From the NCBI GenBank assembly GCA_036172245.1, contig JAYWIR010000006.1:4588001-4652000 (forward strand): DNA of 64,000 nucleotides. The letters run 5' to 3'. Positions within the stretch are counted from its first letter, which is position 1, and every line of letters begins with the position of its first letter. This document shows, piece by piece, positions 13,490 to 27,100 of this stretch. Source of the DNA: Raillietiella orientalis. Taxonomy: Eukaryota. The translations under genes and the position numbers were made by a program. The notes below the pieces were generated by a model. It was not told the origin of the DNA. It ran no database searches and worked only from the letters and a program-made list of their open reading frames with translations.

Positions 13490-14780
13490 ATAAATAATGT
13501 TTGTGGTACGCACGATGAACCTGCCGGGGACCGCTACGCAGGCAGGCGAGGTGCGCTTCGGCAACATGGGGGAGGGGAAGCAAAATGCATAAATAAAGAA
13601 CAAAACAAAACAGGGGAGGGGAATTCATAAACAGGGAGGGGGGAATTGAGGAAGGGATCACGGTACGCTGCCAGGCGTTTCCGGCATCCCGTTCAGGATC
13701 CTGGGAAGTTCTTTTGGGATGCTGACCAGGTTGGGCCATCTCGAGGCGTTCCTCAGGAAGATTTGCGCCCAGTGGATGGCGTCCCTCCTATTCCAGCCTC
13801 TTATTCCGGCGTTCCAGGCTACCACGATTCCGCGGACTCAGCAGAGGACTGAGAGGGAAGCAGCTGGCGGCAGAGCGGCAGGCGCGAAGAGACGTTTCCA
13901 AATGTCCCTGAGGGAGCCACCCGCTGGGATTCCTAGGATCGTCGCGAGGCGATGCCAAAGAGGTCGGAGGGCAGCACAGTCAAACAGAAGGTGCAGGAGG
14001 GTATCCTTCTTCCCGTACCTTCTGTCGCACTGAACACCCACGCTCCCTCGTGTCCAGTGGTGAAAGCGCGCTTCGCAATGGATTCCCCAATGCGAGACCA
14101 GCAACGACAGCTCCCAGAGGGCTCTAATGTTCCAGAACGCTGGGGGCCACTTCACCACCTCCGGAGGGATATCGAGTAGCTCTCCCCAGAGTACAAGTCC
14201 GTGGGATGGGACACTCGGGGTCGCAGCATTCATCACTTCCTGAGTTGTCCACGCCTCCAGAAGTTTTGTTTTTGCTGTTATGCAGCAAGTCACTTCCTAC
14301 CTTGCCGGGATTACGCTGTCTTTAGGGAGGGCAGCACTGCTACAAGGGGGTGGTCGCCTAGGACGATGGAAATCCCTTTGGGTTCCCTTCTGTCTTCACT
14401 GTTTTACTTCCAGCTTTTCTTTGGTTTGCTGAGCATTTCAGGAACCGTCGCGCCCCTGGCGGCGGCTCACGCAGCTCTTTAACGCTGTTCCACTCCACCC
14501 TAGGGTGCGTGGAATTCTTCAAGATATAGCGTATCTCGGGAGGAGACCTCCCTATGAACCCAGGAAGGGTTCCGGGGAAAGGAATCCGTTCCTCTCACGC
14601 CTGGGGAGGTATCCCCGAAGGGAACCTTCCACCCTGGTTGTCTCTGAAGGGTATCTCGAAGGGAAATCTCTTTCTTTATTCTCTTCGGAGGAACGTCCGG
14701 AGGGATCCTCTATTAGGAATTTCTTCTCCAGAAGGTGCTCTTCATCTCCACCCCGGCGTCCAGCCTTGAGGGTTTCTTCG
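13490..14780 (-). mobile_element. Composite repeat: SINE-like body joined to LINE-derived 3' region and structured tail
   Basis: On the minus strand, body motifs (GAGACAACCAGGGTGGAAGGTTCCCTTCGGGGAT; CTTGAAGAATTC; TTAAAGAGCTGCGTG) match 37670-37805. They are followed from ~14350 by LINE-like sequence translating to ...WGELLDIP...HWG...LLHLLFDCAALRPLW..., then a T-rich stretch and the tail stem-loop at 13520-13565. Confidence 0.7.
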
Positions 14781-16500
14781 AGCTGATTCGTCGGGTAGCG
14801 AGCGCGAACGCCAACAGGTCGAAATCCACTGACGTTCCGGTTCGCTCTTCGTGGGAGGAGCAGTCCGACTGGATCCGCCTGGGGATCTCCACGGACAGGT
14901 ACTTCAAATACCTCGACGTTCCGTTGGGAAACGTCTGCCTAGCAGAAGCCTGATCAAGCCGTCTCCAAAAGTAGAGTTGGTGATCGGCCCGTTTCTGGAG
15001 GACAAGTTTCACTTGCCGGAACGGGCCGCGGTCTGGAACACGTTTGTTGCTCCTCTCCTCTGCCCCCTACTTTTTTTTGCCCCGTCCCCGCCGAGGTGAA
15101 AGAGTAGACGAAGAACCTCCTGAGCATCTCCCTGTGGGGTAACGGGAGGTCCCGAGTCCCGCTGTTGGACTTGTGCGCTCTGCGTCGGGACGGCCGTCTC
15201 GGCCTCCTGGCGCTGGAGCCGATGGAAAGTCAACTGTGTTGGCGAACCTTGGCCATCGCAGCGGAGTACTGCAGCAACCCACGGTGCGTTCCCGCACGTC
15301 TCCTTGCCATCCGCGAGGCCACGACGGAAGGACTCGATTCTTTCCTCACGTGCTTTCGTCTCAAGACGCGAAGATGAGGTCTTCTCCTGGGTCGCATGGT
15401 CACCCTGGCGAAGGAGAACGACTGGGGATGCTCTGCTGACCCACCAACTCCAGCGCCTGGCTAGAGGAGACAGTTGGTACGTGGGCGAATATAAACGAGC
15501 CGAGAAGTGAGACGTGGAACTGCGTGTGATTCAGTAACTACGTCCGCTGCTCCCTTCGGAACATACTGGAGTGTCCCGCCAGGAGTACGCGGGCGGAGAT
15601 GGCCCCCTTCGCTACGGCGATGCCCTTCCTGAAAAGGGCACTTGGCAGCAGCCAGACGCCGAGGTGGCAGGTCTCCTGCAAGATTGCAGGCAGGTAGAAG
15701 CTGATGATGAGTGGTTGGACCACGGGACAGCTGGCGGATGCAGCGACCCCGAGTGTTCTTCCGCGAGGATTGCAGCGCTGGGGCGAGCTGCTCGGCATTC
15801 CATCGGAAGACCTGGAGTGGCCCTTCGTGCTGAAAGACACGAGCACCCTGCCTCTGATGTGGCAGGCGTCGGCGCTTCTGCTGTTGTTGCACTGGGGTTT
15901 CTCCTGAAACGCGCACTGGCACCGCTGGACGCGGTGGAGGGTGAATCCGGACTGTGGCAGTTGCGGGGAATGGGAATCCATCCCGCACCTGCTAGTGGAC
16001 TGTGTTGCCCTCCGATCCCTATGGGGACGTTTTGCAACGACCCTCCGTACCCCGGTTGGCACTCTCCCCCCCCCCAGGGTCGTTTTACGGCTCCTCTTTG
16101 TGCGGGACGCCCTGCTGCCAGCAGCAACCACAACAGAGCTGTGCTGCATCCGCGGGATCGTCCCCGCGGCATGGAGCGAAGTCGACGGAAAAAGAACAAC
16201 GAAAGGGACGCTGTCCAGTTCTCAGTTCGCTTCCTGCGGAGAGCGTCCAGATGACCCCACCTGGGGATCATTCGGACGGACCTTGCTGGCATCCTAGAAC
16301 GGATGCAGACTCTCTCCAGCGGACAGTAGCCTCTCCCCCCCTCCCAAGTTTTTTCGTTTATTTTTATTTATTTATTTATTTTGATTTTGTTTTCTCCCAT
16401 CCCCCTCTGCTGCCGAGGTTAGCCCGCTGGTCTGCGTACCGGCGACCCGGCAGGTCCATTGCTGAGTTGGCCGTAGTGGGGTCTCGTACCACGAATGTTG
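14770..16500 (+). mobile_element. 5'-truncated, degenerate L1/Tx1-clade non-LTR retrotransposon (RT C-terminus to 3' UTR)
   Basis: Broken frames give ANRSKS (INxxKS-like), YFKYLDVPL (KYLG motif), LPERAAVWNTFVAPLL, RRDGRLGL (GGLGL-like) and NPDCGSCGEWESIPHLLVDCVALRSLW (zf-RVT-like), in the canonical ORF2 order. They are followed by a TTTA-rich tract (16350-16390) and the tail stem-loop (16407-16454). Multiple stops and frameshifts. Confidence 0.8.
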
Positions 16501-16519
16501 TTTCTTGAAATCAATGAAC

Positions 16520-17000
16520 GCCCCGGCACGACCGGGTGACAACTCCGGAGGGAGCCCGCAAGGGAACCGCTCGTTTACTACCCTGAAGAAAGCCTCGAAG
16601 GGAGGCTTCCGAGATTTCTCTGAAGCCTCCCTCAGTGTTTTCTTCGCACCCTTCTGTGCACTCTGGAGAGACATCATCAACCCACAAGCTCTATGCTACG
16701 AGATGGAGTTTTCCCCCCCTAAGGGGGGGGGGCCTTCTCGTTTGCACGACTGGAGGGGGAACTCCCACTCCTTGATTCTGTTTCCTCGAAGGACCCTGGA
16801 GGGTAGACTCCCAATGCCGGTCACTCATCGGGGACATCCGGTTTGAACCGCAACCGATGCCGCCGCATCCGAGTGAAGTCGAACCGGCGTCATCTCGCCG
16901 GAGGAACTCGAACCCACCTCCATCTCTCGGTGTCGATTCTTTCTGAGAATTCGAACCCGCGACGCTTTGTTGGTGCCACGCACGGAGACCTCAGCAGCCA
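16520..17000 (-). mobile_element. tRNA-headed SINE-like repeat (head with two B-boxes + partial body)
   Basis: Minus strand GCGTCGCGGGTTCGAAT (B-box ~16949-16958)...AAGAATCGACACCGAGAGATGG...GTGGGTTCGAG (~16907-16915), then AATCAAGGAGTGGGAGTT identical to 37371-37388. Confidence 0.6.
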
Positions 17001-20000
17001 CGTGGTCTCCGGCGCGGGGAGCGAGTACAATGGACGCTTTTTGCGACCGCATGCTACCCGATCTCCAGGCGCGGCTTCTAGAGAAGTTATTTGGTACAAG
17101 GAAAAGAGATTGCGTGAGTGCTAGGTCGAAACAATCCTGGATTTCATCCCGAACATTCCTTGAAATGGGAAAAGGATCTCAAACAAAAAGCCAAGATCCC
17201 CAACTTGGCGGAGACTCCGAGAGCTCCGAGAGCTCTTGGGTTCTTTTGGCCGTCTTTTATTGCTGAGTGTGCGTGCGCGCGCACGTTCCTGTTCGCAACA
17301 TGCCCTCACGAGGTGAGTCACTGATTCTTACCCACAGTTTGTCGGTGGTGCGCCACTTTGTTGGGCGTGTGGCAGCAGGTACTGCCAAGCCCATCTGCTA
17401 TAAGAAGACTGCAGTCCCAGTCGAAAAGGAGCTGCTCTGTCTCTCGGCAGCATCCGGGCGAGATTTTTCAAACATCGGAAACATTCTTCGTGCAGAACCT
17501 GCTGCAAGTCCTATAGGATTTTGCCAAGGGAACGTTCCCGCTGCGCGAATGCGAATCGATACGCAGCGCGGGGCACAAGGAAAACCTGAGGACGGCAGAG
17601 ACCACGCAATTTCTTTTCCCTTGCTCGCCCCGCTGCCGAAAAGTTCTGTGGGTCCCGTGCTACGACGAATCCTCCAGGTTGCGCAGCAACGTGTTGCCCA
17701 CACACGTGTGTGCCTTTCCGTTCGATCTGTCTCTCTTCGTCGGAAAACCTGTTTCTCCAAACATACACACACTCACTGTGTTTGTCTTCTTGTGGGAGAC
17801 GGTGGTGTACTCGAAGCAGCATCCTGGATTCAGACCAATAACACTTCCCCTGAATTCCCTTGAAGGCAGGTGCGGGTGCCGAACTACCGTCCAGGCGGAA
17901 TGTCCCAACTTCCTGAGAAATGATGCCTCCGGAGGCGATTCGTTGCGGAAGACTGGTTTACTCGTCCGAGAAGAACCGAGGTTGCCAGAATCTGAAGACC
18001 TCGGAGGCGCGAAGACCCGAAGCCAGCAGTAAGGGAAGGGGGGAGAGGGGAGAGGGGGGGAGGGAGTGACCGTCCGGCGAGAAGGGAAGAAGCAGTGCGA
18101 TCCGAGCGCAAGACATGCACAGAACAAAAGAGGACGGGAGCAAGACGCTCTGACCCCGCCGCTTGCAGGGAGGGAACCCCCCAGACCCGTCCAGACCTCC
18201 CCATCCTTGTCCAGATAGCTCTCACTGTGCTCCGCCTTGGGATCGCGGGCGTGCACCGCATCGACAGCACGAAAGGCCGAGCTCATGCAACAAATATTCA
18301 AATCAAGGCACAGATCATTCCAAGCGATGGTGAATCTGAAATGCAAAGCATTCCCATTTACAAGCAAGAAGGCGGATCGCGCAACTTATCATTAAAGCTA
18401 GAAGTTCATCGACTGGCAGCTTCAAAGCGATTGCGCGAAGAACGGAGGGGACGAATGGAGATCGGAACCCGCGAAGATTGGGTGTCTTGACCGTCGCCGC
18501 ATGAGACACACACACGACTCGGTGGAACGAAGCTGACCCCATCACAGCAGACGTTCTCGGTGCAACGGCAAACGGATGCATTTGGCTTCGAGCCACACCC
18601 AGGAGCAGATTTTTCCACGAAAAGGAGAGATAGGTCGATTTTAATGAACGGAAGGTACTTTTCGAGTCCGATGCGTAGTCAAATTCGAATCTTGCATAAG
18701 AGAATTCGAAAGGCCAAGAAGATTTCACCAAAGTCCGAGGGCGCGTTTACCGAAGATGAGGGTATCGGCTCTGTATAATCAGTGTCAAACGTTCGTATAT
18801 CTCACGTACGTTATTGGATTACATTGTATGCGTGCTAAGATGACGACCGAGATCCATCTCGCTGGAACCACATAATGAAAGCATCACACGTTAGCATCCT
18901 GCAAAGGAATGGAGAAGACACGGCGAGCGGGGCTTGCGGAAGTGGTGTGGGGCGAAAAACTTTGATGGAACCGCAACGTCCTTCGTCGATTTGTTGGCAA
19001 ACAAATCGTCCACAAACAAAAATCCTCTCTGTGGACTTGCAGGATTTACGAATGCTTTCCAGCAGGCAAACACGTGTGTGCGCTGATCAAGTTCACTATG
19101 ATAGTGTCCGGCTGCTAACTTACCCGTAGGGATAACGAGGGCAACGGTGGTCGTCTGCCAAAGAACCGGCGGTCGTCCTAAGCGTGGAAAGGAGACGTTC
19201 TTCAGCACATGAGGAAATTCTGAAATTCACAAGAGGTTCGCGGAGCGCACGCAGGAAAAGGGCGCGTCCGGGGATACACGGAACTCGCCTACTTGGCTTG
19301 AATTCGGTCGAAGAGACCTCGGATTTCACACCCGCGGAGGGCAGAAACCGCCAGAGATTGGAATTGCAAAACGCGAGATCCGCACCACGTGGAGAGTGGC
19401 GCCCGGCGCCGTTCGGCTGAGGAGCGGCCGCAGCCTAAAGCGGAAACGGTGCCGTGCTCGCAGCACCGAGGCAGGAAAGGAAGACCCGAGGTCGCTCTGG
19501 AGGGATGCCTTCAGCTCCCGACCGGCGTCCTCGGCTGCGGTTCCCGCGGTTCTCGGCGAGGTGCTCCGCTCACTGGCGCTCGTCCTCCACGCCAGAGCTG
19601 CAGCAGACACAACCACACCCTGGCAAGCCCCTCTCCGCGTGCACATCCCAGGCTGGGCACCAACGCCGCTCACACCCACAGGGCGAGAACGACAGCGACT
19701 TTCGCAGGACAGCATTTTTTTTTCTCTCTCTCTCTCTCTTTTTACGTCTTCCTCGTCTTCCAGCCCGGCATGGCGTTCTTCTGCAGATTCGCAACCCGTG
19801 CTGAACGGAATCACGAAATACAAGTGGGACGGTTTCTACGACGCCAACCGTACAACTCGAGGACAGCGCGGCTCAAAAAACACTTTCAATGTGAAACCTT
19901 TTTATTTATCAGTGAAATATTGGAATACAAGATGCGCCAGAACGAAAAGAAATGCAGTTCTGCACAGTTCCACTTTATGCAACCTCTTCTGACATAGGAA

Positions 20001-20509
20001 GATGGGACCGCGCAGTCCGATCGCACATGCGCTGAATCTCGACCTGCACTTCCAACGAAACACACCGCGGTGCAGTGCGTTCGATGTACTCAAATGTGGA
20101 TAACTTACATATGTATGTACACACGCACACGCACACGCACACGCACACACATTTATATATATGCACATACAATATACACAGATAAGAACCATCTATTTAA
20201 AGATGTGCTTCTAAAAACTTTCTGTAGTTCTTTTTGTGGGATATCACCCCTGCATGACACATGAAACGAATGCGATGGGATCATTTGGATAAGAATTGCA
20301 CACATTATGGACACTGGGATTCAATCACGTATGCTGGCAGCAAATACGTTACTAATCGGAAGAGTTTTTTTTTTTTTTTTTTTTTCCGTTCTTGTTGCTG
20401 TTGTTTTGTTTTTTCGGGGGAAGGGGGGGGAGGGAGAATGAATTCCACTCGAAATGGGGCATTTATAACGTCACTGTTAAATGTTGTTCTGAAATGACGC
20501 GAACCGCTT

Positions 20510-23454
20510 TCACCTCGTCGTAGTGGAAGAATCTTTGATCATTTTTTCTTTAATGTCTTCCTCCGTTCTGCAACAAGAGAATCAGCATCATGAATGCCTG
20601 TGAGGCACACTCACTTGTGGCCATCTTCAATGTGGGCCATGTCTGCTTTACGCTGCCGACAAAGTCTACTGACAACGCAGTACGTGACACCTGAAGGTCA
20701 GAGGGAGACCAAAGTGAGCACGGACCGAACGGGCTCACCACCCACCCACCTTTTCTTTGCTGGCAGCGCAGGAGATCGACAAACAGCAGAGCTCCCAGCA
20801 ACAACGCCAGCATCACCAAACCCACAAGGACTCCAGTTTCCAACTTTTGATCGCCGCCGTCGGGACCGCCGCTGCTCTTGTGGAAAGATTCTTCCCCTGA
20901 AATCGGCAACACGTAAACGACACGTCAGACGCACCGTCACCCCAAGGGGGTCAAAGAGAAGGTGGCGGCAGCAAAAGGGTGCTGTTGAATGCATGCCGAC
21001 TGCTAGGAGGGAGGGCTTACCGGGCTGCGTGGCCACGATCACGGTCGCTGCTTCGCCTATGCCTTTCTTGTTGCGAGCACTCAAGGTGACGCGGTAATAC
21101 GAATCGGGTGACAGTGACGACATCTTGTAGATCAGTTGCCCGGGATAGGGCAGTTCTTCGGTTATTACTGGATCCACTGCCTGCCAGGCTCTGGACTCGT
21201 TTCGCACGCGGACGTAGGTGATGATGAAGGCCGAAATGGGCAGCCCATTATCCGCTGGCACCTGCCAGCGGAGGGCGTACGAATCTGGCTGTTTGCTGGC
21301 GATAATGTTCTCGTCTGGTTTCAGGTCGAGAATGTGAGGTCGCGCGGGTGCGGACACGTCCGGGGTGGCACGGGAAACGACAGTCCACTGGCCCCGGCCC
21401 ACTCGGTTGGTAGCGGCAAACCGGAAGTAGTACAGAGTGCGGGGCTCCAGATTTTCCAGTATGAACGGTGCGACTGGGCGTTGCACACAAGATGAACACC
21501 GAGGGACTCTCTGGGTTGCAACTTACCGACCGCCCAGTTCATCTGCTGCGCCTGCGCCCAAGTACCTCCCTCTGGGTGGTAGTGCACCGTGTAAGACTGA
21601 ATGGGCAGTCCCCCATCCGACTGGGGAGGCACGATGCGGAATACTATGGAGGTGGCTAGGAACGCAAGGTGCCAAGTTACACTTCAAATGTCACACCTCA
21701 CCTCTGACGGTATCAAAAATCACCTGAGAAACTGGTCCAGGGAGACTCGCCCGGCGCAGGTCGATCTTGCGCCAGGCGTCGCCCAACTTGTTCTCCGCTT
21801 TGCACGTATACGGGCCGTATTCGCGGGCGTTCAAAGTCTGTAAAAGGTAGGAAGTACCGACGGCATCGACTATTTCCTCGTTATTCCGGAACCAAGTCAC
21901 GGTGGCGTTGGGGATGGCCCAAGCGATGCAAGTCAGGTTGATCTCGTTCGTATCCCAAGACCACAGAGTCTCTTCGGGCACGTCGAAAGCCGGGGCGTAC
22001 TGCACGGTGACGTGACCGTTCTGGCTGACCCTGCCCGCCTCGCTCGTGGCGACGCACTCGTACAAGCCGTCGTGAACACGGCGGGCTTTGCATATCTTCA
22101 GAGTGCCGACCTGTACACTTGAAACTGTACTACTTTCTCAAGGGCGAAGCGAACGTAACTTACGCTCCGGTCTCCAAGGTTCTTCGATTCGAACACCAAG
22201 TTTTCGTCACCGCTCTGCACGCCCTCTACGAACGGATCCTTGCGCGATTCGTGACGCAGCGTCACGAGGGGCGGGGGCTGTCCCGTCGCCTCGCATATCA
22301 ACTGCTCGCAGTTCCCTTCGTCCACGGTCACATTGTTCAACACTTCTATCCTGGGTCGCACGACCACGTCGAGGAGAGCGTTCCGCTCGACTTCCCCGGC
22401 GGCGTTTTTGGCCCGGCAAGTGTAATCCCCGGAATGCTCCTGGAGCACCTTCAGGATCGTCAGCGTGCCCTGCTCGCTGACGACGTATCCGGGCAGCTTC
22501 GACAGATCCGCATTTTCGTGGTTCAGCCAAAGATACTGGGGATCAGGGCGACCACTAGCACTACACTCAAAGGACACTGAGTCACCTTCCACGGCATGCT
22601 TATGCTGTGGCTCTTTCACGAAAACTGGAGCTTCGTACACCTGGAAACCGGATGTTTGCACGAGATTCACCCCTCCCGCACCCGCTGGCTGTGCCTCACT
22701 TACTTCCACCTGGATCTCCCTCTTCTTGTATTCCCCGGTGATGGCCACATGGGCCCGGCAAGTATAAACGGCTGCGTCTTCCTGCTTCACCTCCTTGAAA
22801 GCTATCCCATCCTTCTCTATTGTATAACGATCGCTATCTGATTCACAACTTGGAGTTTACATAGTTCTTATCGCTCAAAATTGTCTACTTGTAACGTGTT
22901 TTCCATTTCTGATCCAGTCTATTAAGGCGGGAGGATTGGCCGACACCCGGCAGATAATCTCACCACCTTTCCCTTGGATCAAATGCTGAGAGGTAGGAGC
23001 ATCTTCCCACGTGATCCCTTCTGCAAGAGGAAAATTACAACTTTCAGCTCGTGCAAGCTGAGGAGTCGGAAGGACTGTCTACTTACTTCTGGTCTTGAGC
23101 GTCACGTTCACTTTCACCGATTCGCCGGCGTACTGGGAAATACAAAAGTAAGTGTCCTGGTCCTCTGGTGTCACTCGGTCGATGAGAAGCGCTAAACCCT
23201 TCTGGTTGACGAGCTTCTCCGTGTAGATGTGCGCGGTTCTGCACACGGGCTGGAACACTTAGGGGGGGGGGAAGCGGCGGCACAGTATACGTACGGCTCG
23301 AACTCGGGAATCTCATGACCCGATGAGTCCTCCCACTTGAAGTATTCGTAACGAGCATCGTCTTGAGTGGGTATGCACTGGACGTAAAAATTTTCATTTT
23401 CCGGGAGAGTCGTTTGATGCTGCGGAGGCTGCAATTGTAGCTCGGCGAAGCTTT
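20510..23454 (-). CDS. Fas2: Neural cell adhesion molecule / Fasciclin-2 (5 Ig + 2 FN3 + TM), 5'-partial
   Basis: Spliced minus-strand exons encode Ig1 (NFYVQC...FKWED), Ig2 (GEIICRVSANPP...DAAVYTC), Ig3 (EGDSVSFECSASGRPDP...HSGDYTC), Ig4 (LICEATGQPPP...YECVATSEAG) and Ig5 (YAPAF...INLTCIAWAIPNATVTW...YGPYTC). Two FN3 follow (DGGLPIQSY...LEPRTLYYFRFAATNRVGRG; ADNGLPI...LSPDSYYRVTLSARNKKGIG), then TM GVLVGLVMLALLLGALLFVDLL and a short tail ending TTTR* at 20510 (further 3' splicing possible). The first visible exon starts at an acceptor at 23455-23456; no signal-peptide exon was identified. Confidence 0.88.
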
Positions 23455-24109
23455 CTTAAAAATGAAAGCCATCAAGTGTACATTGCTGATCAGCACGCAT
23501 GCTTTCTTATAGATCACACGCAGTACAGGAAAGGTAGGAGACGGGGGGGGGGGAAACAACTGAGACGCAGCCTCCTTGCTGCAGAATGCACCGCGGTGCA
23601 AGTTGGCGTGCAAAATTTGTTGGCGCAAGTGGAGCTCTCCGACGCTGGAGGTCACGAAGACAGCAACATGCACCGTGCTTGCACAAAACCCTATTCGTCG
23701 CGAAAGGAGGCACAGAGCGACCTGAGCTGAAATGAGCGCGAAACCTGGATGTGCGGGGACGGGAGGGACAAAGTTTTGGAGAGGTCCTCGGGAACGAACC
23801 GAGCTGGCTCAAGGATTCACCTTCACCGAGTGGAGGCAGAAAAGGGAAAGTAGGGACCGACTCTTTGCCACGATTTCCGCTAAGCAGAGTTCGATGAGGC
23901 GACTTCGACTGGCCACCACCATTCGACCGAAAAACAGGCTTCTCGATGACTCCTCGAGTGTCACACGTGCACCCGCAATGGAGATGAATATGCATAAACT
24001 CGAGAGCGTCGACAACGTTCGGATGAAAAGGGCAGCCCAGTAGAAAAATGCCAAAACCATTCTGTGTGGTACCATGGAAAAACATCCTCAGGTGTTTACT
24101 CTTTCTTTC

Positions 24110-24145
<36 letters not shown>

Positions 24146-27100
24146 CATGCTCTGTCGCCATCATTTCCTGTTTGTTTGTTTTCAAAAACCAGTAGCGACC
24201 TCAAGAGAAGATCGCCACTATTGGCCTAGGATGGAGGACAGTTTCCTGGGTTTCTGGCTGGCTACCACACTGAACAACCTCTTCGAAGCGTCCCTCGACG
24301 ATGCCCCCACGGTGTCACCACGCACGGGGAGGACTACTGCCAGCACTTTCTAAACCTTGATGCTTTTCCAAGCAGGCATTAAAATGCCCGGCTGCATCGC
24401 GATGCCAGAAGTCTTTGGGCAATTTGGGATTTGATGGGATTTTCTTTGGGATTTTACGATAACCGATGGCAAGCGACGATAATCAGCTTCATCCCGATTT
24501 TCGCCATCGACAGCCCGCACTTGTGCTTGGCACCCCTGCACTCCAACCAAGCTGGAAGCCATGCAAGGGGCCCGCCGACCGGGATTCTGGTTCTGGAGTC
24601 GCCTGTCGGAGTGAGCCCGGCCGATTCCAGCATCCCAGACTTGCAATGTCCACTCCCTCCTGGAGACGCACCATTCGCTGCCACTGCATCCCCGCTGCTC
24701 GCAGTCCACGAGCTCTCGGCACTCTCCCAAGGGGACCACCGTTTCCCACAATCTCCAGTGACGGAATGATGATGGATGGATCCCAAATTTTCACAAAGCG
24801 TTTTCATCAGGCAGACCTCTTGCACCACAACGATCGAGAAGGCTTTTTTTTTTTTCTTTCTTTCTTTTTTTTCTTTTTACCCTTTCCTAATGAATGCACG
24901 TCGAGCTACCGGTTTCCAGCATTTCAATCGTTACTTCTTATCGTCGTAGGCGTCGCCTGCCTGCCTGCTAAGCAACGCATTGTACATCTTGCCGGAGGGA
25001 ATTCCCATCATAATCCTCTAATTGACTAGCAAGATGTAAGCCGTGAAAAGTTCATCCGTTGCCATATACATATATGTGTATGTATATATATATGCATACA
25101 ATCATTAATCAACTGTTAAAGAAAGCGAAGGTCAGGAACCATCATGCAACTCCTCTGAGCTTTCCATCAAGAGCACAGGTGCCACCGTCTTATTACAGAG
25201 AATGAATCTCAGGAGCGGCATTTGAAAAAAAAAAAAAAAAACAAATAAATTACGTGCTAATGTGTTGAGCAGAAATCGGGGAATCGAACGTGCAAATTTT
25301 CACGAACAGGTTTGAATCGAATGGACTACGATGACTCTCTGAGAGCGGAGAGTGCACTCTACACGCTTCATATCTCCGGGCAAATCGGGCGCAAACACCA
25401 CAAACACCACGATGATGCTTCAAGAAAACCACGTACGGATGTGGGAAGCGGTTCGTGAAGGGAGGCGAATTCGGGGGGGCGATATGATCGCCTCACTTCT
25501 TGGAAGGGGGTGGGGGGACCCCGGATTTCTCGCACTCGTATCTGACATTCGGTGATACACTGCAGGGCGGCGCTGAAGTCTTTTTTTTCTTCCTTTTTCT
25601 TCTTCATGATCGACATCACGGTTCACCAGCTGGAAGCCGCAAACTGCACTTCTGCACTGCTCGCAAAACAGCCAAGCGAGCGCCAGCTCGTCTCTGGATG
25701 TCCCCCCCCCCCCTCCAGCGTTTCCTCTTGTTTTCCTGGACTTTCTTCTTCAAAGTTGAGCACGGTCCGGACTGCTCCTAAGGTTGCGGCTTGCAGGGTC
25801 ACCCGATACGACGCACCAGCACGCTTTTGAAGTGTACCGGCTCCCCTGCCCCCCCCCTCTCGTTTCCTCGCTCATCATCCACTCGTTCCACCAGTGGCAA
25901 ATAACTCGGGCCGCATTCTCGGAGCTGCTGCTCTGCCACCGATGCGCGAGCATCCTCGAGGCCAAGGCGCCCTGCTCCAAGGGGGACTGCAGCCTCAGTG
26001 GAGAACCCCAACTCCGTGGCACCTTCCAAGGCTGCTGCCAAAGCTCGGCACCTGTGGGTGGGAGCCTCGATTCCCAAACGTGGAACGGGACTGCGGTTTC
26101 CTTCTTCTTCTTGTTCTTCTTCTTGGCGCCAGTCCCACAAGCACATCTACTCATTACTTGCAAAAGCTCGTTCACGTCACGAAGCTGATGCGACTTGTAA
26201 GAGAGGGAAACATCAAAGGTCCACGGATGGTGTTATGGGACATGGCGTTTCCTTCCTTTCAGGTTGCTGCTGTTCACCCGGTGATTTCGGGGAGAGCCAC
26301 CGCATGGATCGGCTCCTCCACCACGCGAAGTGCCCACCGGCTAAATGAAACCGAGCTGGCCGGGTCCACTTTCGAATACTTTCAGAGCACGGGACACCCA
26401 AGGTGCACACGGCCGCGAACATTCGAACACACCCGGAAATGCAACCGAACGAGAGACAAAGAGAGAGATCATCCGACCTCGCAAGAAAAGGAAAAAACAA
26501 ATGAAAACTAACAGGGGGGGGGGGAGGAGGGGGGGGGGAAGGAAAGCTGATGAACTGACCTTTTAGTAACAGCTGCAGGTATATAGTAGCAACGAGAGCT
26601 ATCATTTCCAGTAAGCACTCCGATGTCTTTCGAGGCCCCAACTTGTAGTGTACTCAGTTTGCGATCGATCGGTCGTGCACGGGGGACGCACTATCTGAAA
26701 ATCGGAATTTCCTTCAGTGCAACGGAAAAGTTCTTCCAGGATTTCGAATTCGGCAACAATGCCGGACCGCCCAATCAAGTCCGCAGGCGCTATTTATAGC
26801 CGCCGTGTTCCGAGAGGAAGCAACGGAATTTGGTGCACGGTGCGCGTCCCGTGTTGCGCGGCAACGGGTCACGGCGACGAAATCCCAAGTCACGCGCGCG
26901 CGGGGGAGGGGGGAGGAGGAGGGGGAGAGCACCTTATCTGCGTAATCTTCCTTCGCTTCGAACACCAAACCCACCGGGTGAAACCGAGTCAGATATCCGA
27001 ATTCCTTTCGGCAGATGCAGATGCGGCTCCTCCGAGGACCTCTGGTTGCGCGGGGAACGCCCGTAACCGACTCGCATCGCGCTGACCACTCCACTGCTGC

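Noticed and set aside
18190..20050. Extra Fas2 cytoplasmic exons (e.g. SAFRAVDAVHARDPKAEHSESYLDKDGE; EERHAGLEDEED)
   Set aside because: Splice sites are weak or phases inconsistent, and there is no motif support. Needs RNA-seq.
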